DNA from: Amphiscolops sp. MND2022
Taxonomy: Eukaryota
Direction: 5' to 3'
NCBI GenBank assembly: GCA_964187785.1
Contig: OZ076409.1
Location: 87,918,001 to 87,982,000 of the forward strand
DNA: 64,000 nucleotides
In this document: one piece after another, positions 37,373-48,300 of the stretch
Layout of the letters: each line of letters opens with the position of its first letter
Position numbering within the stretch: the stretch's first letter is position 1
The notes under the pieces: generated by a model
What the model saw: only the letters and a program-made list of their open reading frames with translations
Database searches by the model: none
What the model was told of the DNA's origin: nothing
Position numbers and translations under genes: made by a program

Positions 37373-39021
37373 TCCATAGTGGACTGCGGGGACGAATGCC
37401 TACAAACAGTATATATATCATTGTTGAATTATAATTAATTTTATACTCATGAAAGACCTTAGGTCAAGTTGGCCACAATAAACTTTTGTGCTAGTTAAAC
37501 GGACTGTTAATCATTTTCACCATACTTTTGATGTTTACTATCATCTGTGTTCGTAATACCAATTGGGAACTAGCAAGTTGCTGTAATGTTGCAAAATAAA
37601 TGAGATATAATCACAATGAATTGATGTAATTTAATACTTGAATGTTCAATTGAAACGCAGAAGTGAGCAAAGTACAGGAAACGAGTTCAAATGATCGTTT
37701 CCAGTAGCTTGCTGTACGCGGCGTCGTCCAATACATTGACCAATCACAGCGCTGTATTTATGTACATTTAGTGTAGACGCACGGACCGGTGGTCCGCCTT
37801 ATTATTGTTTGCTGTTGCCATTAAACTGCTGTGCTTAGTGCTGTAGACGCATGGACCAGTGGTCCGCTATAGTGCTTTTGATTTAAATTGGTACTTACAA
37901 ATAGAATACAGTGTTTAGACGTGATTTAGTTCCAATTTAGTGTTGTTTGTCAATACATACAGTCTATTTGACTGGATGTCATGTAATATTTAAATTATCA
38001 TGTATTTTACATAACACTCGAACATGCAATTACATACTTGTAATATCTTCATAAATAGACCCTGAGGCGAGGCCGCCTCACCTATTAGCCTGGCTTTGAT
38101 GCTATTTTTAACCATAAAAGTAAAATGATGCAATATTGACGTCATCCCGTAGGTCTATTTCGGGAATGAATCATCTATTAATAGTAATATGACAACCTAA
38201 ATTGCTGGTGTCATGCAGTGCAAAGTATATATACCCGGGGCCTTCAGTCCAAGGGACAATAACTGATCTCGATACAACTTACAATACACTCGCACCACTG
38301 ATTTGTTATAATATTTTGCTTACGTTCTGTTGTTTGAAATAGTTTTCAATTGACTATTTGAAAATATCAGATTTCTCCATGCATTCAACTAGGAAACAGA
38401 AAGCCAAAGAAAGGCGTTCTAGGCAACTGAACATCATGTCCGATGTAGAAAATGTTGATAAATTGCTTGGAAGTTATGATAGGGATGATGAAAGAGAAGA
38501 GCAAAGCGAAAGTGAACTTAATTTGGACTCAGGGTCCAATAGATTACACCAAAATCCAAACTTGGTAGGAGAAGACTTTAGGTCTTTACTCAATACTAAT
38601 AGTAGAGAGAATAGCGAAGTCACTGTAGAGACCACCAGGTTGATCAATGAAGAAATTTCCAACCAAATGTCAAGGAGGTTGAATGAAATTAAGTCTAGTT
38701 TAAATTCCCAAATACAAAACGCAATATCAGCTGTAATAGCTGATACTGTACTCCCTTCCATTCAAAATACACTGGAAATGCAGGGGAGAACGAATTTTGC
38801 TATGGTGGACCAAGAGTCCAACGGGCTACATCCTAGCCCGAAGGCAGGTAATTTCACCAAAGTGGACCGAAGGTCCAATGGGCTACAGTGGAACTCGGGA
38901 ACAGAAAATCCGCTGAAAACGTGGGAAAGTTGCCCCAAAATGTGTTCTACACATGAAAGTAATAGACTAAGATCCAGAGAAAGTTGAGTAGAATCTTGTG
39001 CGAACGAACAAAATCGCGACA
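37284..39021 (+). repeat. 3' LTR (1738 bp)
   Basis: PPT AGGGGGAG at 37276-37283; ends GCGACA followed by TSD CGCGG. Confidence 0.93.
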
Positions 39022-39344
39022 CGCGGGTACTCTTGAAAGTCCTTAGCTAGGACCGACTGCTACAGAGTCGGAAAATGATAATTTCAATATCAATTAGAAA
39101 CCAAAAAAACGGTTGTACGACTCGACTTTTTTCCTGCCGCTTGTCAAGTGATAGCAAGTCGCTCCGCTTCGCTCCTGCATTTAGGGCACAATAAATATGG
39201 TGTAATCTTATTGAAATTTTCACTTTCGATAAAGTGGAGTCACAATTCGGTCGAAAATAATTTTGCAAAGTTTTTGATCTTGCATAACCCGACTCTGCAT
39301 AGCAATCCTAAAAATGCTACAGCCAAAACACTAAGAACACTAAC

Positions 39345-42300
39345 GAATTTAGTTTTGACTCGACTTGTCGTAGGTCGGAGATAGTGGCCATGATTGATGT
39401 CCAAGTACATCCCCTTGGCGGTGTTTATGGCCCGGATAGACAGGATTGTATCCAGTTCTATCAGATTGACATGACTCTGGAAATATGAAGAAGCTAGACA
39501 ATGAAATGTTCAACCGACACTCGTCCAAAATAACCAAAAAATTCTTGAAGTCAGTGAATTGTACACGATACACGAATTTTCTCGTGCATTTACACGAACA
39601 CAACCGAACGGACTTTTATAAAATATACACGAAATACACGATGGGAAATTAATATATTTTGTTCCGCAAATACATAGCTAAAGCTACACTTTTCAAATAA
39701 GAAATCAGCCGCCTGCAATTTAGGTTTGAGGCGTACATTAAATTACATCTACATACCATTCTATTTGGTTTGCCTTTGTAATCATCAAGTATCCAGTGCA
39801 TTTTCTTGAATGTCTTGTTTTACTTTTTCTTACAAATAATACACGAATACACGATACACGAAAAACATGATACACGACAATTCACTGCTTGAAGTCCTAC
39901 ATTTTCGGAGGGCAAAGAGTTCAGATCAGACTTCTCTGAATCAAATATTTCAACTCAAGTATAATACAAAGTACTTCAATTGATGTTAGCAATGCTCAGC
40001 AATGGGATTTGCTGAGAATTGAGTAGCACTTGAATAAATTTATTGTGTGTCCGATGAAATTTAGAATAATCTTAGGAACCTTGTGCTCTGAGAGTAGACG
40101 AACTCCCTCTTTGGTGACAGATATGAAGCAGTTGTCGTTGTTGATGGAGCTAGCCGGGTAGATTGCAGCCCCAAACAGAACTCTGTCTGCAACCGATTCT
40201 GCAAAAGAAACATGTTTACATCACTACTTCCACCCAAACACCTTTGGCTTCTTAGTACCTTGTTGTGCCTTTCTTTCGTATCACATCAGGGGCAGCAAGT
40301 GGTATAAAGATATGTCTACGATCAAAGGAAGTCTGTATGATCCATGGCATCAATTCAAAGTCTTTTCAATTGAATTCTAAGTTAAAATCTCTGAGGTGAA
40401 AACCTAAAATAGGGAATCGTGATTAGCTATGTTCACATATCAATAGTGCCCTGAATACAAAAGCGAACGTGCTTCTACTATCAGAGCGGCGGGTTTTGAC
40501 GAGGGCCGACCTGCAGGGGTGCGAAGCTCCTCAGAAGGAGGAAGTCCGAGTCATGCAACCAACGTTTTGAATTTTATATTTAGATTTTACCTTAGATTTT
40601 CGGCTAGGAGATTTTAACTTAGAAAACTTTACCCTAGCAGAGTTTAACTGAATTTGAACTTTTGACGTTAAGCCACCCAACTGCATTTGGAACAAATGCA
40701 GGAAAATCTACCATTTTTCCGACCCTTTTATTTGGCCAAAGACTTCGTGTTCTCCGCTCAGATCTGGACCTTAAGGTTCTAAAGTAAGATTTTGTCGTAA
40801 GTCACTATTTTTTTTCGGGATGGCCATAAATTAATGGTGGAAACTGATGAACCGAACGAACCCATGAAATATTTGTATGATTCGCTGAGTGAAAGCTTGT
40901 GTGCGAGGGTGAGATATCGGTTGATCTGGTTGACCCATTGTTTTGAATGAACCTCCTCCCATTTGGCGTTGTCTTGAACACACTTTGGAAGGTACGTTTT
41001 CACTTCGTGTCTGAAACCCAAGTAATGGAAGGGGAAAACCCATAATAGTAACGGTAGACTACTTTGATGGACATTTAAATTGGATTCACCATGTAAACGC
41101 AGTCTGTTCATAACTTTCAAATTTGTTGCATTCGCAGCTGGTCATTGCTATAACTACCCGGGTTGACCCTCTTACTATCATCTTGGCTGCCATGGCAAGG
41201 TTCTTATTAGGATGCATCATTATTCCAAGACTTCAAAATTTCGATTAAGAGTTCAAAAAACAATTTCAACTTCAGAGTAATTTTATTGACGCGTATTTAC
41301 GGACTTTTTTCAGCGTAGATATTGGTTTCCTGCAAAAATTGAAGTTTTCGAAAACCAGAATCTAGGTTCGACTGGCAGAGTTTGCAAAAAATTTCAAGTG
41401 AAAAAATCTTGGAATTTAATTTCAATTTAAACCACCTGTATTTAACCAGTTCTGTACGATGACAATTCAAAACCACTGGCAATCGATCTAGGAAATCACT
41501 GGAAAAAGGTCTGAAATCTACCTGGTCTTGTTCCACCGTAGAAATTATAATATAGTACATATGTAAATACAATGATACAAAATGCGAGGAAATCTTTTAC
41601 TTTTTCAAAAGAAATCATTGTGGGAGAAAAAATCAAAAGAAGTTGCCAATTAATTTGTAGGCGATAAAACTGAACAAATCGGGAACGGCATAAGGCGGCG
41701 CCAAATCTAAGGCTCAAAAATAGCAAAAGGACATAAAAGTGTCAAAAAACTCAAAGTATCAAACTCACAAAAAGAGTTTCGAAACACTTTAGAAAAACCC
41801 AAACGACCGAACTGGGGGACCTTTCGGATTTTTAAACATCCATTGTTGCAAAACATCAAAAAAATTGAAGGGGGGACTCTTTGTGGGACATTTTTTTTCG
41901 AAAAAAGTCTCACAATGCCAAAAAACTGAAAGGGGACCCTTTAGTCTCGCCCGATATTGTATGTTACAAGGAATAAAATGAAAAACCTTTCTGATTCTGC
42001 TCGCTAGGCCAAATGCTTCAATTTGACACCATGAAATTTCGTATAACTTTTGTAGAACTATTTTGGTTTTACTTCATGAAGCGCCGACTAAAAACGGAGA
42101 TTGCACTTTGAATGAGCGAACAACATACGTGGTGATCATTTTCATCTCTGGCTCCGAGATACGCAACTCGATGGCCACCAGTTTGGAGAGGATGTCTATC
42201 TGCTGCTCAGTCAACTTCTTCTCCGGGTGCACTATCACCAAATTGCCTTCTCGGTAACTGGCCAAAATCTGAAACATGCAAAAAATGTCAGGATTGGTAA

Positions 42301-45300
42301 AAAGAAGCAGAAGCAAGTTGAAGGCGTCTTGTGAATATCAACACGGGTGTCCTTTAACTTTCGTTTCTGAAAGAAAAGCCCGAGAAGAAGTATTAGGATA
42401 ATCAATCTGCATTCTGCACTGCTTGAAATGAACAATTGTTTCAAAAATTTGCATGCGGATTCGTTGGAAATTCAACTTGTTATTTTCCGCCCCCACAAAT
42501 TTATTTGTGAATGGGGGAGGAAAATCATAATCTGTGTTGCGTTTTTTAGTCGTCGCTTCATGAAGTGAAACTCGACTATTATAGTGGCTTTTCTTTTTTT
42601 TTCAATCCACACGAACTGACCAAAAAGTTCTACAAAATATTATTGCACCAAATTGCACTATTTGGTCTAGCGAACTGAACCAAAAAGGATTTTCCTGTTT
42701 TCCCGCGTACCATACCATACCCGAGGGAACCAAAGGGTCCCCCCTTCCAGTTTTTTTCGGCACTGCGAGACTTTTTTTCCGGAAATTTTTTCCCCAAAGG
42801 GTCCCCCCTTCAATTTTTTTGGTTTTGCGACAGAATGGATGTTGGAAAATCCCAAAGGGTCCCCCCCTTTCAGTTTTTTTTCGGCACTGTGAGATTTTTT
42901 CCGAAAATAAAAATTTTTGTTCTCTTCAATTTTTTCATGTTTTGCGACAGAATGGATGTTGAAAAACCTCAAAGGGCCCCCTTTCAGTTTTTCGGCATTG
43001 TGAGACTTTAGCGCGCCACTCGGTCCTTTTTTTTCGAAAAATTTTCGATTTTCGAGCACTGTAAAAGAGAATACTTGGCACTTGGAAGTCTTTTTGCTAT
43101 TTTTGAGCCTTGGATGTGGCGCCGACTTGGGCCGGTCCCGGCTTGTTTTTACAAATTCTGCCAAATATCCACGATCTCCAACAACTTCACTTGACTATTT
43201 TAGTTACTTGACTATTTTAGTTACTTGACTGTTTCAGTTATTTGTTACTCCTTTTAGTAAATTCCAGTCACCATGGCGCAGTTGGTGCGTCTGCTTGGCA
43301 GACACGAGGTCGTGGGTTCGAACCCGTACTGATGCGGTACATTTTTATCGGAAAATATCCCGGTCTTAGCGGGCGTCTTGTTGCAAAAGACATGTAAAAA
43401 GGGAGCTTTTCCTGGCAGTATGAGTATAAAATTTAATGATACAAAAATACAAGTAAAAAACCAACTTGTCTGAAGGCAACTTCGGTGGCTTCAATGGGAA
43501 GATGGGAGACGGGCAAAATCCAGAAAAGTCTGAGGAACACGAACTTGTAGTCGATGTTTTGGTTGTTATACCTGGTCGTCACATCCAGTAGGTATGCGTT
43601 GCTGTCCAGAGGTAACAGGTGAGTTTCTGAAACGATTATAAACAGGAATTTTATTTACAATCAGCAATGTTAACCCACAACGCTGATCTCGTGGGTTTAA
43701 AACATCGATTCAATCCCAAATCAAATTTCAGGCCTCAGAAATTGTCTCAGCCATTTGAGAAGCAAACTCCATGTCAGAAACAACGAACATACGAGCTGCT
43801 AGTAAATGTGAACATAGACAGGTCAATTCATTTTAACCCTAAATGGACGATAGATTGGGAAGAATTTGGACAAATTACTTTCTGCAAACTTCTGAAGGCA
43901 TTAGCTGAACGTATGGGAAAGAAAACTCTTGAATAACATTTTTAGCGAATTATTAGAGTTAAAGACTAGAGTTAAAGTACAAGTTTGGCCTTTATATGTT
44001 CAACGGCACACTATCAAAACTCAAACTTATCTTCAGAATAAAACGACCTCCGAAGGTGGATATTCCTGATTACCCCAAACACTTGATTGCTTTTGACAGG
44101 AGTCTCGGATGATGTAAAAAAAGTCATTAGATGGAGACTAGAAACAACCTCACAAACCTTTCCCCACGCTTACAGCCACTCCAAACTGCTGAGCAATCTC
44201 TGCCTTTGCTATCCCGATTTGAGACGCCAATGACGTAACTGCTTCAGAAACGAGGGTAGCGGTAAAAACCTTGACGTTCTTCAGAATCATGCCAGGTAAA
44301 AGAAAACACTGGCGCTTGCAAGACCTGTTTTCACAGAAAGCCATCATCTCATCGGCAGCAGGCAGTTCGCGACGACCGCCGTACTTGAAGGTTTTTGTCA
44401 AATTCTGGAGCACCAGATTTGAAAGATGGTTGGGATGTGGGTAGTCCGGGTAAGGGGGATTGTTCAGGTAACGAAAGAGGTAGGGCTTCAGTTGATTCGA
44501 GCACGGATAGTAGGCGGCTAGCAGGGCAAATAGTTTCCAGTATTTGTAAACACCGTCCCTGGAAAAACAAGAAAGAAACAAGACTTAGGGTTTTTATAAA
44601 TCCAACAAAATATCCAATGTGGTACAAAATCCAAACTGTTTAAAATATGCAATGGTATGATCTTTTCATGAAGCATGCAAGAATTAATCTTGCACTGAAT
44701 ACCAGTAGCGAGCACTTACTTTTTGACGCAATTGTTTTTCGTTGTTTGTTTGATAAATTGACAATAAATTTCATCCGCCAGTTCTGTGGACTCGCGGGCC
44801 ACCTGAAATATTAAGAAGAGTCAACACTCAAAACTGAAACGCTAAATGAAAATGGAAAAGTCAGCAACCCGCCTAAGGTTTAAAGAGCGAAAGTACTTTA
44901 AAGCGTCAAGGATTGGCTCAATCTTACAGCCAAAAACCCATTTCCCAAAACAAGTCGCACAGTGCCGAAAAAGCTAAAGGAAGACCCTTTACACAAAAAA
45001 GGTTTTGTCTAACTGAAAATATAAAAAAAAACCAAAAGGGGACTTTTTGGAACATTGATTTTTTTAAAAAAAATGTCGCAAAGCCCTGAAAATAGCACTC
45101 AATTTACTTTTCAATCCAAATAAGCGTCAAAAAAATTGAACAGGGAGACCCTTTCAATCAATTTATAGAAATTTTATGGCCACCACAGCTGGAATAAAAA
45201 AGAAGCACGACGAAAAGCCACTATAAAAGTCGAGTTTCATTTCATAAAGCGCCCACTAGCAATTGGAACTCATGTCAATCGTTACCTTCATAACAAAGTA

Positions 45301-48300
45301 AACAAGGTTGTAGTCTAATTTTCCCTTCATGTGGACATCGCCCACAAAGCGCTGCATATTGCGAAAACTCTGTATTGCAAGGAGATTGTCACTGATTGAG
45401 GCGAGATTCAAGAGCGAAGATTTGAGTGGATGTCGAGAATAAACCAATCGGGTAGCCAATCGCTGTATAGAACTGCCGACAACTTTTGATTTTCCGAGCA
45501 GCTCTAAAAATTACATGCCAGGTTTCATATCGATAAATATTTGAATATGAGAGAGAAAAACAATGACCAACTTGACTCTTTCTCACGAAAGTAGATAGTT
45601 GCAAACTCGAGCATTGAGTTTTTAGGGACATTTGTGATTTCTTCCAGAGACATATGAGATGATGATTCCTGAAACAAAAAAAAACGATGTACCTCTAAAG
45701 ACGTCCGCACGGTGACAACTAATACCAACAACAACTCATATCAAATTCAAAGCGTTGATAGTAGTTGTCGCCTCTTTAATTTGGTGAGAGTTTTCGCCTG
45801 ATATGAGTTGTCTCTATGCCAAAGACTTCAATAGCTCCGAGTAAGTACCTTGCTGAAATTGCTTAAGCTTTTTGCATGCACTTTAATTTTGCGAGCAACT
45901 TTCTATGATTTTCTAAAACTCTTACGGAAACTTTCATGCGAAAATATTTCCCCGTTGTATTCGACTTTTATTAACCCTAAATGGACAAGAAAATTTTCGG
46001 ATCCATCCAAAAATCTGGTACTTAAACTTTAAACCGCAATACCTCCTAAACTATTCGAGTCCGATAAACGATTTATATTGTGTTCAAAAGAAGACAATCA
46101 GGGCTTTCACGATAATTTTTTTGAACCGGCGCGGGTGCATTGCGTGCAAAGTTTTTTAACGCAAAGTCGCCTCAGACTCCAGACTTTGCGCCAAAACATT
46201 GCGCGCCTAGTATCTCTGACTGCACTTCAGCATGATTCAAAACATGCTAGGGCCGCTTTGACCCAATCTTGATACCAGTGGGATAAAGTGGCCACTAACA
46301 CAAACTGGAAAAACGGAAAATCTGCGCTCATTTTTTTACTTTTTAATCTCGTGTTCTTGATTTAGACACCAAGTCAATATTCCGTGAAAAGGTGTCAAAT
46401 GCTATGTAATATCGTCTTGAAAATCTTCAAGAAATTTCTCTACCATACGGTCAGCTGGTGCCTTCAGAACTTTGGAGAAACTGACTGGTATGAAATCGTA
46501 CCACCGTCCATTTAGGGTTACGCTTCCATTAAGCTGTCAGTTTAACCGCCATTTCAATACAAAATAACTTCTGTCACGTAATAAAATGCAAATTAGCGAC
46601 AAGTTTAGTGTCTTATTTAAGAAGCCACGACATCATCAGACGAGTAGTTGAGAAAACAAAGAGTGAATAGAAAGTGATCGTTTCGGTGATAAAATTATTT
46701 TCAAATTTGTTTGTAGTAGTGGAAAATGCCGTGAAATTCTACAAAATTTACCACCGTGTGCTTACTGAATTTTCTAGGTTTTAATAAACATTGCCCTGCA
46801 TGCAGGGCTGCAGCATGTAAAAAGTTGCAGTAGTCTCAACTACGGTAGTCAATTCAAATTTTTTTGGTTGAACGCTACGCTCAAATCTTTGCAGATCGAG
46901 GACGCAAAAATGCTGTCAAAATCCCAATTCGATTCCAATTAAACTTTGAAAGTAAAGTTTGATATCTTTGTTAATAAAATTTTCAACTTCATGATTTAAA
47001 TAGATAACATACAGAATTCGACTAATGGAACTATTTCGGGCTCCATAAGAGAGGCAAAGAAGTGGTTGAGTAGCAGTTAATGTTTTTTACAACTTTTTAC
47101 ATGCTGCAGGCCTGCATGCAGGGTAATCTACTGAACTTCACCGACCGTTGACGACATAAGTGAGCTTCTATCGTCATGCAGTTCCATCTGCAATTCAGGC
47201 AAAGACATGTCATGTCTCATGGGTTCTGCAATGTACGGCTTCACTTTACTCTTGGGCACCTGTCCAGTAATACCTCTGATCTCGCCCAGAAGCATGGGAT
47301 GAAGAGGGAACTCGTCTACCACTCGAATGAGGTCTTCCTTTTTGAACTGAAGTTCTCCGATCACTCTCGATTCGTGACTCTCAGTAGCTCGCACGTAGGA
47401 GCTCGAACTGTTTTCTAGTTCCAGTTTGTACCTGAAATTAGGAACTCGAGATCTGTATAGTTTTCAAGAACAGCCACAAACCAATGTTTCAGTTTGAAAA
47501 CAGATGGCCAAAAATTCAAATACTTGAAAAATATAATAATTCGATTGAAAGAATTTCAACAACAAAGCAATGAAGTTCCTTTGTGAAAGTCAAGATGATG
47601 AAATACCATTTTTTGAACCAAAAAAATCAATAACTCGCTAAGATATGGGGAAATCACTTCAAAAAAACGCGAAACAAGAATAATCAATTATCACAGACTT
47701 GTGAAACTTTCTTACTTCTCAATGAGTTCCTTGAGATACTGTCCTTGCTCGGTGAACGCTGATATATTCATGCGAGGGTTATGGTTGTGCTGTATAAAAA
47801 TCTGCAATGTCTTCGGGTAAAACTGAACTGCTTCTATATTGGGATAATATAATTCCATCAATATTTCGATGTCTTTCGAAGAGTTGCGCTGATTCACTAA
47901 CTTCAGCGAACTATGAGATAAAGCAATATGCGTGAAATTTAAAGTGCGGTTTCCTATTTTCAAGCTATCTTGGATGACTACAACTGGATAAAACCGACTG
48001 AAATACAGTTTCCAGTTTTTGGATGTAGCAATGACCCAATCGCGGACATCGGCTGCAACGTTTCCAACATCCGATGAGTTTTGCACTCCATTTTTGGTCA
48101 GATAACGAATCATTTCCGACTGTTCTTGAGACTTGATTCGGAGCCCACAGCTGGCAAAAACGTCGCCTATGACTTGATGAAAGATCAAAGCTTTGAACCG
48201 AGGATTGTCGATTTTCTCACACGGAGAAAACATCTGAAACATTCAAAGTGGGCTTCAGGCTTCTTTCCTTACCTGAATCAAACTTTCATTATGAACTTCA

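Larger units (their letters stand above)
8756..39021 (+). mobile_element. Large Ty3/Gypsy LTR retrotransposon with three accessory genes; contains nested insertions and a duplicated 3' segment (three LTRs)
   Basis: Termini TGTCGC...GCGACA; perfect TSD CGCGG at 8751-8755 and 39022-39026; PBS directly after the 5' LTR; PPT before the 3' LTRs; gag and PR-RT-RH-IN domain order. Confidence 0.93.

Noticed and set aside
43266..43340. Functional tRNA gene
   Set aside because: The D-arm is truncated and there is no good acceptor stem, so it is treated as a tRNA-derived repeat.
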